NCBI GenBank assembly: GCA_965235115.1
Contig: OZ249441.1
Location: 27,032,001 to 27,096,000, forward strand
Length of the DNA: 64,000 nucleotides
DNA from: Laetmonice hystrix
Taxonomy: Eukaryota
Direction: 5' to 3'
Positions 1 through 12,300 of this stretch are shown in pieces. Numbering within the stretch: position 1 is the stretch's first letter; every line of letters starts with the position of its first letter. The position numbers and the translations under genes were made by a program. A model generated the notes under the pieces. The model worked only from the letters and a program-made list of their open reading frames with translations, did no database searches and was not told the origin of the DNA.

Positions 1-243
1 ACATGTAGCTTTTATACACGACGGCAATACATTCTAGATACCATTCAGAAAGAAAAATGGAGCGTGTAGGCACAAGAAGACAGCGACGATGAAATGATTT
101 CGTTGTTCACCGCGGACTGTCAAATTCTTCTATTGACTATGATTAATATGTGTTTAACAATAGCTACCCATCCTTTCAGGAGGTTCAAAATGTCCTTATC
201 TTAATTTGCTTCAGGCGGTAACACATTGACAATTTGTACTTAC

Positions 244-329
244 TTGTAAGGCGAGGTCTGCACTGTATGGCCATACGATAACTTTCTATGGCCTCTGTGT
301 ACCGCTTCTGTTCCTGCAGTAGGATACCC
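244..329 (-). CDS. TMTC2: TMTC2 coding exon (TPR repeat), not in the ORF track; gene continues beyond window start
   Basis: Manual translation (L)GILLQEQKRYTEAIESYRMAIQCRPRLT matches TMTC2 LGLLLQE...AI..RPTLA. Acceptor ttgttttgtAG at 331-330, donor A|GTAAGT at 243. 86 nt, phase 2 to 1, consistent with the upstream exon. Confidence 0.92.
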
Positions 330-3300
330 CTACAAAACAATCCCAACCAACTTAAAGTAATCAAACCTCACAATACAACCTTCTCTGCCTTCTTTCTAAC
401 TCTACAAAACTTCTTCTTTCCAGGTTGAGTGCCTGATAACAATCTAAAGCACACAAACTCATCCGACCACAATAATTTCAGCCCGACCACGTCGACTACA
501 GGTGTCTAGAATCCGTCGTACCATTATGTTCGTCCGTCACTGAACGTCATATTTGAAGAGTGACATTGTCCTGGCCCTAACGTGTATAAACAACAGAACA
601 AGCCGTATTTCGTACATTTCTACCTCAAACAATTACAGCCCCCCCCCCCCCCAAACACACCTCTAATTTCCCACTGAGTTCAAGGCATGCTCATACACTG
701 TAACATCATTTCATACGTCCTCCCTCCCCCGTCTTTATCCTCATAAAGGATGGCTCGAAATCTGTACACAGACAGAGATCGAGAGATGTCTTCATAGAGG
801 CAGGCCGGGCAAACTGACAGAGACATCAGTGGATACCACTGCGGGGAGCAGGCATACAGTGGGCCCAGCGCCACCCAAACCACGCCATCCCATGACATCC
901 GCACACAACAGCCCGGCTTTCTCTCTCTCCCGGGTATGTCCTCTAATAATGTGAACAGTATTCATGGCTGTCCACTCTGTGCCCTCGTCAGATAATATTC
1001 TCCACCTCTGGGTCATCGTCAATGTTTGAGTTAAGGAGAGTGTGACCCTGGGTTGACCCCAGGCTGACCTGAAGGCCGTACGCCCCCCTCCCTCCCCCTC
1101 TCAAATATCTCATTGTCTTGTCGCCGTTTAGCGGTAATAACACCACTAGTTGGCCCCTACGTCACAGCACCACCAACTGCCAACATTGTTACATTTGTTG
1201 ACTGCAAACCACAACTGGAGCATGTCTGTGGTGAACCGTCCCGACTTTAATATGGTCTCGAGCAGCATGGAAATTAACGGTTAACAAGACCGATTGGAAG
1301 GCCAGCAAATATTCATTATCCCGGATAACGTGGTCTCTCTCTGTCTCTCCCTCTCTCTCCACTAATCTCTGATCAACATGTATCTCCATACTAAATACGC
1401 GGTTGTCTTTTAAAGAAAGGCAGGTTTCAAAGACAGACCCTACAGACTTGCTGTGCTACTCTTAGACAGAGAGATACCCACACGTTCTAATGACATACAC
1501 AGCAACCTTTGACGATAAGTGTGCAGCATATAATCTCGTTCTCGGAATGCGCCACAAGACGATCCCCCGAGAGACATGCAATAAATGATCCATTATGTTT
1601 TCATATGTCGGGCAATCCTCATGGAAAAGTTACCACATATTTTTACTATGACATGGAAGACATAATCTCATGAGATCACTACCCAGACTTGTTGCAGTTC
1701 CATGACAAATAGGAATCGACAGATATCGTTTCCAATTCTCTAGTCAATCTCAATTATTAATCAGGCTTATTTTGAGACCATTAATGGCGTTTCCGTAACG
1801 CCTCCGAATTCCTACTCTCGGAGGTAACACTTTTCTGCGCCAGCAGCACCTGCAAATGTAGTCTAGAGATTATTTTCTAGATTAAACACGACTTCTGTGT
1901 CAATAAATCATACGACGCCACGCAATTAGCAATCATGTTTATAATTGTGCCCCTGAAAAAATGCAGATTGGGCTGTCAAAGGATCCTGAGAATAACTCTA
2001 ATGGAGTACCTGTCTCTAATTACCTCGCTCAGTTGCAATCATTAATAATTACCTGAAATACGTTTTTTTTACATTTAGCAGAAATTTCCATTTGGAAACA
2101 CAATTTAAGAAGGCAACTACATCCAGAATTGACACCTTTGTTATCGGTTGTTAATTAGACCATCTCAAACTGTCGCAATGATAATACCACTTGCTTTCCT
2201 TGGATGGTTGGATACAATGTCCCTACACTCACCCACTGACTGCATGCTGTATGAGTGGTCCCACAGTTGTCTCAGCAAGTATCTCACAAATTCCAAGGAA
2301 TTTCACCAAAAGTATGTCTGCACTGCCCTTCTCAGTTATCATCCATAACTCCCCTCCCCTTCACTGCTAGTTGTACGTGAGACAATGAGGCACCTATACC
2401 GGCAGATGGCGTTAGTTGTTGACCCAGTGATGGACATTGAATAATACCTGAACAAAAATACCTGTCTTGAAATGTACAAAGTAAAATGATCGCTTTAAAC
2501 TCTATAGGCTTCAGTCGTATATATTTCCTATTACTACAAATGATGTGAGGATAAATTTCATGAGATGATTTCGAGTCTAGATTTTTCGCCTAAAAGAACA
2601 CCGCAAGTGGCGCCACCTGTCGGTCTAGGTTTCCCTTGAGTCAAGTTTTATTTCCGATGGCCCCCGAACCTGAGCGTCCCCTCTCACACCCACTCCCAAC
2701 CGAAAGAAGACGACAAAAACCGTTAAATTTTAATTCAACCATATTAAATTGACTTAAATACTCAACTCAATATTCCCACTTGCCAACTAACAGTGCCAAT
2801 CTACGAACAAGACAAGCAGGATTTACAGATCTACGACCGATCCTATTTCAATGAGAACTGAGACAAGATGACAGGGAGAATACGTCATGGACTGTGTGTG
2901 GGCTCTGACGGTAGTGGAATCAGGACACATGGCTACCATCAAAAACTTTCACAGTGTCACACAATCACTTGTCACTGGGAGATAAAAGAGCAATGTCCAA
3001 GACAACCATCCCCCCCCTCCTTCCCTCGGACACCACTCCTGTGGTAGCCCAGCCAGGAGGTCAGGTAGTAAAAACCCCAAAGCCGGTGTGGAGAGGGGGG
3101 CAGTCAACCCCTGAATGTTGGCGACTGTAACCCGATCGAGCGGGGCCTTGTCAACGTTTGGAACGCTGTTCGGCTCACACGTGTGAATTCTCTCCCACCT
3201 TTCTAACTCGCTCCCTCTCTGCCTGCTTTCACCCTCAAACAACGACCGCCAGAACCCCATTGACGACCTGACCATTTTCTCTCCTCTCGTCACTCCTCCA

Positions 3301-5256
3301 CTACTCTCTCATTAGTACCTGCAGCTGCATACCACAGCTTTGTGACGGGCACAATGTGACCGGTACAATGTGACCGCCATCAAGGACAGAAACCTGCCGC
3401 GGCACGCAGACCGACTTTAGGGCAGGAATCACCTGAGCCGGCCTCCGCACCAATTAGCCTCCGTTGTGGCGGGTTGAATGGGAGACGGTGACACTGACTG
3501 ACAGACGAGTCGTGTATCAGCCCACTGGATCAGGCCCATTTGTCTACCCGTCTCACACTACACAATCACTCCCAAGACTTGACTTTTCCATTCCTGCGTG
3601 TTGTCTGGTAGAAGAAAGCTCCAAGACCCCGCTGAGTTCTGCTGGCCCACCGCCTCACACGATGCTTAACCGGCCAAGGCGTTGGCACACACTACAACCC
3701 ATCTTATTGGGGATAGTTTCAGAAAATAAATACTTATGTAATAAGAACCTTTGTTTACACCACCTCAATTTGCACTGTTTCAAGCACCAAGGGTTAACTG
3801 GCATATAGACTTCGCCATGTTATTACTTTAATAGAACCAGTATCGCTCCATCCCCGACTGACTGTCAGCAGGAAGAAGATTAAAACTACTCTCTGGTCTT
3901 AATTATCACATTAAGTCATGGAGATTAAGCCTTACCATTAAAGTGGCACTCTGACAGGTACAATACGCACCTGGCCAAGCGGGCCGGTATATTTCTCACG
4001 GTGATCCTCCCAATCGACAAACATCATTAAGATCTTTGGCACCTAACCAAACATGCCACAGGAATGTCGATAACACCCCGGCATTAGGTAAGACGGAGAA
4101 ATTGGGTTACATCTCAGCTGGTCTGCCCGGCCAAACTATTGACATGAACTTTGAAGGATCCTCCATCCCCCATCTTGGTGATTACCAGCAGTAGGCTGTC
4201 TGATTTACATACATTTTTGTCACCGGTGGCGTTTTATCGGGAGTGCCTTGGGGAATCTACAGCAATTCAAGCCAAACCTTGACAATAACTCAAATGTCAA
4301 TCAAGGATTTATGAGCATTTCACGAGATCAGCAGTGGGCATGCCAAGATCTGGCTACACGATGGATCTGATCCACAGCTCTGCCGGGCTTTTTCTCTGCC
4401 TCTGGCATGGGGATTTATAGTTATGTCAATATATACTTTATCATAACGACCAACATTTTTTTTTTGCATGCTTACTTTAAATGCCGCGGGGTTTTGTGTG
4501 AATACGGCCCGTCCACAGCCCCTGACGGCCCCACTAACCCTGCCCGCTCTCCCGCCTTTTGTGGGGGGCTCATGTATTCTCACTTGCCTTCCTTTTTATA
4601 TATCCTTATAAATGCTATAATCAAATCCATAAATGGGATCTTCAAAATAGGTTGTCTACTATGGTTCCGAACAAATTCGAGACTAATAGCAGATTTTTAA
4701 AACTCTACGAGTACAGTCTGATGCCAATAAACGGAATCACTGAAGTTTAGAATGAAAAATGTTACGCTCTGCACGTATTGGTGAACATTTTCAAAACTCG
4801 ATTACGGCAGGCCACGACATCTTTTCTTTAGCCAGTAAGTAATTGCTACTGAAATTATCGTTAAATTGTCTGTTTTTTGATCGACGCATATGACATTAGT
4901 AATTTTCTCTGTTGGCACTGAAGCTACAACATATAACTTTGGGCGTTATTTGCCCCATCCTTTTACAACCGAGCAAGCAGCCACGTCTGTACATATTAAA
5001 ACATCTCTATTACAACTGAGAAAAACTGCGACCGCAAGTCTGGCAGAATAAGCACTGTACTAGTGACCCTTACACATATTCATCCCTTTTTTCAAATACA
5101 AACCGAATATGCAGAAAACAATCCCAATAACACTGCGTCCCGTGAAGAAGACATGTCTTGACTCAAAACAGTCACAAAACAAGCAATGCTTAGAGAGCCG
5201 CCTGTATAGAGGAGAGATGGCCGTGACTGAGGGGCCATTGTGTGTTGTATACTTAC

Positions 5257-5371
5257 AGGTTATAGTGTACGTCAGCCATATTGGCCCGGTGTCGGAGGGC
5301 CGCCCGATACGCCTCCTCTGCCTCGCTGATTTTGCCCTGGGCATTCAAGATGTTTGCGAGGTTCCCCCAGG
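5257..5371 (-). CDS. TMTC2: TMTC2 coding exon (TPR repeat), not in the ORF track
   Basis: Manual translation (A)WGNLANILNAQGKISEAEEAYRAALRHRANMADVHYN(L) matches the TMTC2 AWGNLGNVL...MADMLYNL segment. Acceptor ttgttttcAG at 5373-5372, donor CT|GTAAGT at 5256. 115 nt, phase 1 to 2. Confidence 0.93.
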
Positions 5372-6014
5372 CTGAAAACAAAGTCAGAACAACACATATA
5401 TTAATCTCCCTGATGAAAAGAACTCTTTCTTGTCGGCTCCAACAAAAATCTCTTTATCCCCCTCAGAGGGCTCATAATTTTTTCCGAAAAAAAAAGACAG
5501 CATCAAAAGAAACAAATATATCATAAATGAAGACAATTACATATATGCATACGTGAATACTGTACTCATAAAAAACATTACCTCCGTGGAATATGGGAAC
5601 TTAAAACGTAATGAAAAAAAGAAGCCACACACTTACTCCAGGCTCTTTCTGACCTATAACACAGATCTTTGGCAGTTCTTTATACAAAGGACCTACAATG
5701 TATATATTGATGGCAAAAAGAAATGCTACACTTGTTTGAACTTCAACCTTCATTCTGGAATTCAAAATAATAACCAAATGAAAACGGAAAACAAAAAAAC
5801 AGACAATAAAACCAAGAAAATACCTCACTACAAAAGCTGTATTCTGGTCATATAGAACATTTTAAAAATCTGACAACTTTCTGTTAAAAGATACACCACC
5901 TCCTACTACAGTTTTCTCACTCCAACCCCTGTTGCGTTTCTTTTTTTTCCATCAATATATATCACGTGCCTATCTACAAGATAATACTTTTTCCGATATT
6001 TCCCAGTCACTTGC
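5372..6014 (-). other. TMTC2: 643-bp GC-AG intron of TMTC2
   Basis: Donor context AAG|GCAAGT. Only this cut gives G+CC=Ala and preserves VNPAKAWGNL; the nearby GT (GTGACT, 4 nt downstream) would shift the frame. Confidence 0.85.
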
Positions 6015-6909
6015 CTTTGGCCGGGTTGACGGAGACGCCGGCCTTGTAAAGGTTTTCCTCCGTTCGCCAGTCCTGGTTGCGGACCACGGTGCGCGTCCCG
6101 TACAGCGCCACCACGCACAATACGCCTGCCACCAGGGCGCGCCACCTCGCCGCCTCCCGCCACCATTTGTCGTACATAACACAGGCACCTTGGGCGACTA
6201 GCAGACAGAAACCCATGCTGGGGATATACAGCACGCGCTCTGCTATCACAAATCCCACGTAGAAGAAAATGTTGGTGGCGGGAATGAAAGGAAAGATCAT
6301 CATGGCTAGCGATATGACAAGTATATGTAACGTTCGTTGATGGCGGCGCTGGTCGGAGGGTACCGTCCGGAGGTTGTCGTCCTCGCTGCCGGTCGAGCTC
6401 GTCGACCCCCGCCGTGCCCACCGCCGCGGTGGCCGTGTAGGACAGCCGTAACTTTTACTACTATTATGGTGGCTACTACTGCTCCCACTGCTGTTACTTG
6501 ACGTACTAGCGGGACCTTGTATATGAGGGACGTAACCGTTCCCGTTCGAAGTCTTGCTCGTGCTGCGATTCAAATGTCGCAAGATATAAACGCAAACATA
6601 TCCTAATATTCCGTAAAAACTAATAGTGCATAGGTTACGTAAATCTGTGACCTTTTCAATCAGCGGCACTGCTTCCATCGACCAATCAAAACTGAGGACC
6701 ATCGGGAAACAGAGGAGCCAGAAGTTTAGGAATGGTAGATAATAATAGGTAAGGACTCGGGTGAGCAAACTCTCCGAGTCTGAGGCCGGGTTGTCGGCAG
6801 GCGCGAACTCAGGTGGTTTGTTTCCCATGAAGTAGATACGGAAACCGACGAAACCGACGCCCATAGCCGACAGCGACAGCAATCCTTCCCACAGGGTCAT
6901 ATACTTGGA
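6015..6909 (-). CDS. TMTC2: TMTC2 internal coding exon (DUF1736 / transmembrane region to start of TPR region)
   Basis: Encodes SKYMTLW...MGNKPPEFAPADNPASD...LSFDWSMEAVPL...PATNIFFYVGFVIAERVLYIPSMGFC...RNQDWRTEENLYKAGVSVNPAK. Acceptor ttgttgcAG at 6911-6910 (phase 0, matches previous exon). Ends AAAG|GCAAGT (GC donor). 895 nt, phase 1 end. Confidence 0.95.
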
Positions 6910-7224
6910 CTGCAACAACAAAACATACACAACAAAATAAAACAGTCCTCAAAACATTCGTCATGACGAGCTCTACCAAATGTTGTATTTCCAAATTTGT
7001 TTTAAACATGGGATGAGACTCCAATGGTTCGATACACAGGAACCCTGAAGATCGCTTTGTAAGGAATTAATTTCGAGAAATTGCTGTACAACTTTTAATA
7101 AATTTACTCTACAGATTGCCTCCCCACCTAACGGCCGGGCGGGTAATACTGCACATTGACGAACCCTTGCATCGATAAGAGCAGGGCGTATTCCCAGTGT
7201 GCGGGGTTCTCCTCTATCATATTT

Positions 7225-7265
7225 CATCATCATCATCTCCATCATCATCATCGCCATCATCATCA
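7225..7265. repeat. Interrupted (CAT)n microsatellite
   Basis: catcatcatcatctccatcatcatcatcgccatcatcatca in TMTC2 intron. Confidence 0.85.
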
Positions 7266-7437
7266 CAAGACAGAATAAAAGGGAAAGGACTCGGTCCCAT
7301 GCTGAAGATGGCCAACAGCTACCGACTGGACGCGTCTGCCATCCCCGCACACCTCATACCATAATCACCGTTATCATTTTCTAAGCAGATATCAACACTA
7401 AATATTTGATATCGAAGTGCAGACCAAACCATGCCCA

Positions 7438-7485
7438 TGGAACTCCCGACTTGTTCTTTGTGGAACTCCCGACTTGTTCTTTGTG
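7438..7485. repeat. Perfect 23-bp tandem duplication
   Basis: tggaactcccgacttgttctttg x2. Confidence 0.9.
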
Positions 7486-8536
7486 CGTAAGCTAGAATAA
7501 GGATCAGCCCGAGGACAGGTACTGGGTGCCACCATCAGCTCACCACCACCTTCAAACGGGATCCAACCTGTGTGTGACTAACAAGGAAACTCTCTTGTAC
7601 AGGTAAGACACCATCCAGTATAGGTGATCCAGGTGCACCAAATGAAAGGTAATGACTTTGGTGAGGGACAGCCAAGTACATTCAAGTGGGTTTTCTATTG
7701 GGTTGTGTGTGTGGCGGGGGCGGCGGGGGGGGGGGGGCGGTTTCAAAGGATGAATCATTTCCAATAAGCCCATCTAACTGGCACCTCTGGATATCAAAGG
7801 ACAGAATGCCTGCCATCGATGTGCACCCGGTGACCTATGGTTGTAGAACTCTGTATTGATTGAGCTGTGACAGAGAACCTCATCATACTGATTCCCATGT
7901 CGTATCATGTCGGCCGTTTGTTTCATTCACGTTCTTCTCTCTATGTTCAGTAACTCGACACTGCCCAATTGTCTTCAACAAAATTTTATCTTTAGGTGAA
8001 TGTTAAAAAGCCCCGATTACAGTGCGTCGTCACTTTTGTCGGGCAGCGTCTTCGTGAGAGGCCCCAGTCTCGCCGACTCTCTCCCAAGAACTTTTTAATC
8101 TTACTTCACGTTTCTCCCCAAATTACTCACTTTTATTATCAATAAAGGCTGAAGGCTTTTCTTCGGCAATCTTCACATTTTGTGAAAATGAAAGAACGCA
8201 TCTGTCAGGCGCAATTAATAAGCGTCGCAAATAATACTTTTGGTCTTTTTCATATTCCTTTCTTACGGAAGGAAAATAATTTGTCTGCGAAATAATCCAC
8301 GCGGACCCGAAGATTTCGTTCTGATAAAATGTTAATTCAAATGAAGTAATTCCCCTAATGGGATTAACACCAACCACCCATTACAAGTCAAACTCAGACA
8401 GCGTACTCGTGACACAAGTTCTTACTGCATGCGAGATCCTATATCAATATGTTCAGACTTCAACCAAAGAGTATGATCACTTCCATGCTCTTTGCTTCCA
8501 TTCAACCACCCAGTATCCCAACAGCAAACCATACGG

Positions 8537-9363
8537 AACAAGACCCAGTCAGAGTCCCAGTGCCCAACTGGGTAGGGACTAATTATCTGTGGGTATAGAA
8601 ACTATGCGTACTATTTTTGAGATAGGGTCCATGTGAGAGCATCTTTGATACGTGATTCACAACGAAACTTCATCCATCATTCGTAGTAAGTGGTTATCTT
8701 GAAGTGTTTTCTAGATATGAATCATCAACAAGGTTACGGTACGCAAGATCATGGAAAAATCTGCTTGACCTGCGACATCCTTAGACTGTCCCTGATCACT
8801 GTGTTATGTTTCATGCAAGATGATGTCGTTATCTTCATCCGTTTTGGAGATAAAGGTCTTTGAAAATATGCATGACCTTGACTGACCTTTCAAGGTTACG
8901 CAAGGTCATGGAAAATGGCGCCAAACGAAAGCTTATATGACTTCCTTCTGTCTATAATAGTAACTATTGCGTTATCTGGCATCATTTTCGAGATATGAGC
9001 CAAAGTCTTTTTTTTGGGGGGGGGGGGTCAAAAACAAATATGGCCGCCATGTCGCCAATTTTGCTCTGAACTAAGAATACATTGGCATATACATTGTCCC
9101 TCAGGTGCTTCTTCTTTGCACCAAATTTGAAAGAAATCGGAATCGTTTTGTCTGAGTTTTTGCTCGAAATGTGTTTACATCTAAGATGGCTGCCAAGCGG
9201 CCATTTTAGATGATAACAAAAATCTGTTTGCTGATCTCTGATCATTGTGTAAAGTTTCATACAATTTGACCCATACACTTCTGAGAAATCTTTGTCCACG
9301 GATCGACGAACGGACGTACGGAGGATAAATTAAAAGCTCCTGCCCCTTCGGGTCGGTGGCTAA
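8537..9363 (+). mobile_element. Non-autonomous Helentron-associated (HINE-like) element, copy 1
   Basis: Homologous along most of its length to 37078-37835 (shared blocks e.g. aacaagaccc, tagggactaat, catggaaaatggcgccaaacgaaa, ttttcgagatatgag, ttgctctgaactaag, cacttctgagaaatc). Starts AACAAGA, has an internal ~160-bp partial repeat (aaggttac..gcaag[a/g]tcatggaaaa at ~8730 and ~8893), a degenerate (ACGG)n tract near the 3' end, and a terminal GC-rich hairpin followed by ctaat. Confidence 0.7.
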
Positions 9364-12300
9364 TTATATAGATTCAATGTCAGTAAACGTGAAAGTGGCA
9401 CCATAGTGGCGGACCTAGGTGGCACCTTTTCCATCAGACTACACACTATCCTCATACTTAGGAAGCCCTCATCGATATTTTTATGGCAGGCAACTACATG
9501 AGGTCGGCCCTCACATTGACTCTGCCTCTTTATAAAGTGCCACTGCAACCCTTTCACGTCTTCCATCACCAAATCATGATGGCTGCTGCAACAATAGCGA
9601 CACTGTATGATTATGTATACAATATAAACCCACGTGAAACGATCGCCTCAACCCGCTGCGGGAACTTTAAGCGCGTAATCCGCCCCCCCCCCCCCCACAC
9701 ACACACACACACTCCAAGACGATTTCTGCTGGGAGTCAAAGTGGCAGGCATCATTTCCCGACTGGTATAAATCGGCCCGCTGGGGGCGGCACTGCCACTG
9801 TCTCAGCTACCCTTGCTTTCCGAGCCAAGTGAGGCCCAGTGGAGTCGTAGCCGGGCCACATTGAACTCGGGGGCCCATTCAGTAGTCATCTACTGCGCCG
9901 TCGACTCGGAGCAATGAAGAGTGCAATGTCCAAACATGCCGATAAACTACGGTCCTTTGAGAGGAGGTGATAGTATAGATGTAAGTGTTGGGTTATACAC
10001 TTAGATCGTGGTAACCGGAACACCAGCACGAGATCACACAGTTAGCTATAGCACGCAGGATCTTCTAACTTACCATAGTTATAATACCGTCCTTTTCCTT
10101 TAAGGAAGCAAGGTGCAAAGGTGGCCGCTCATTTCATGAGAAGAAATAGGGATTTTAACATTGTTTGCCGCTTTAATAGACAATTCAATCAGAACCGAAT
10201 GATAAGCAAAGACGGAATGATGATCATTTTGCATGAGATATCATTATTTCCTGGACAGACCTTTCAAGCCCTCTCCTGGATAGGACAAACCTCTTTTACC
10301 ACTGTCGGAGGAATTTAAATCTTTATGTTGGCGTGGATACTTCAACGCTTCAACAAACTTTCAAATAGCAGGAAAAGGTCTTCCCAGAGGTAGGAAGTAA
10401 AGTGTAGACTTAAGAACATCAATTCTATCTTTTCCAATTTGTAGATTCTAATATTACCTAATAGCTGCTGGTAAAAGGTCACATAATTGTGCCATTACAA
10501 TTCGACAGCATTGTTTCCCGAAAGTTATAAACTTCTTTTCTTGTGAAATGCTCGAAATCTTAAAAAAAGGAAAAGACGAAGAAAGCTTCCACACAGTGCC
10601 CCTTTAGTGTTTAAAGATGAGCCACGCAACCATAGAAGGTAATTGCCTCATTTGCTTGTAATACTGCACTTGTCTTTTTTATTTGTGAGAATCAATAGTT
10701 TCCATTAATATAAGAGTCTTGCTATTGCAGGAGTTGCTGTCGGTTTTTCGGGGATTGATATCAGGAATGTCCCTGTGAGCCACAGTAGCAATCAGACCAG
10801 ACCTGATTATTCTAAACTCATTCTTACTCTGCCAACATCGATTTCAAATTGAACAAAATCTTCCATCGCCCATTCATAAACCTAAAGTTGGAACGCCAAA
10901 GCATCGTCCTCACTAACAATATTCTCACAGCCTCATACACGTACTTTCTTCACTGTTTTCGCACTGATGTTTGTCTATTTCAGCCTGTCATAGTGGGTGT
11001 GGTTTGATCTCCGCGACCTGGCACTGTCCCAACTTATGAAATGTGTGAAGTGAGAAAATAACACCATCTAGCCCCTGTTCGGGGACACAAGATGGGACCT
11101 AGGCGTGGGTTGGTGGTGCCTTGGTGATCTATTGGAGATGGCCTGGTCCTAGCCCGCCCCCGCCCCCGCCTCCAGCCTCCCACCTCATAAAACCTTCCCT
11201 CGAAGAGAGCAGAGAGGCCATGTAGCCCAGCGGTAGCCAGTGTGCTCGAGCCTTGACAACCGGCAACAGATGTATTGCATCTGGCAACCAACCACCTCTA
11301 CACCCCTTTTTCATAAGTTCCCCCTGAATATATCCATAACGACAGCTGACAACATGCCACTGCCCACTGAGCAGTTGACAACGCCCCAGTGCTCACAGAA
11401 ACCGATGGACCCTGCCAGCTGCACCAACCCAGAACATCCACTGTAGTCTTCTCCCGACCTTTCTATAGTATCTTAGAAAATGGATCCAGATCACGGTCTG
11501 TAATACACGTTACTTGAGGGATGGCTCAGGTTTCTGGCTTGGACATTGGGAGGCCTAGCAAAGTACTACCTGTTACAAACGGTATAGTGTTTCTTTTCCA
11601 TAGTTATATGTTACTAAAAACTAAAAGAAGCAAGAATATCATCATTATTTAAATATGGCAGCAGCCCTCCCCACACACACACCGGAAAATATGGTTTTAA
11701 CTAGGACTGACAATTGCTGATACCCACCAAGTCTATTTTCAAATAAAACAGTTTTCATTGAAAGTAGAGAAGAGTCTAATGAAGAAGAGCCTGAATTCTA
11801 TTTTTCCCATTCATCTCATGATGAGCGACACCCGTACATTTTACGTGTACGGGAACCTGTAACGTCACACATACTGCGGTTTCCTAAACCCTGCCACCTC
11901 CAGTCTGTAGTTGACCATCATGGTCCCACAGCTGGCCCAATATTTTGTATTTGGGTTGGGGTTTTACGCTTCCGCAACAGCCAGGGTCATATTAGGGCCA
12001 CTGCGGCCCCCTATCCCTTGCCATCTCACTATGTTCAAATTGATAAACTTCCCGCACAAACCTTTCTACACTGTGGTCTGTTAAAAAATCGGGGCTGAGA
12101 CGCAATGATGGATTCGATGTATAAAAACTTCCAACTCTTTCATTAGGGATTATTCACGCAATTAGAAAATGAAGTCTGTCTGATGTGTCGGTCAGACATC
12201 CTCAGAGCAAAGACCCTGTAGGCTGTGGGACAAGAAACACTCGCTCCATATTCAACGTTTCATCAGGCTTTCAGCAAGGGACTGAACAGGGATTTGGGCT

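Noticed and set aside
5906-6488. Several overlapping ORFs (5906-6421, 5932-6201, 5970-6188, 6077-6262, 6306-6488) and similar ones at 13198-13754
   Set aside because: Alternative-frame or antisense shadows of GC-rich TMTC2 exons.
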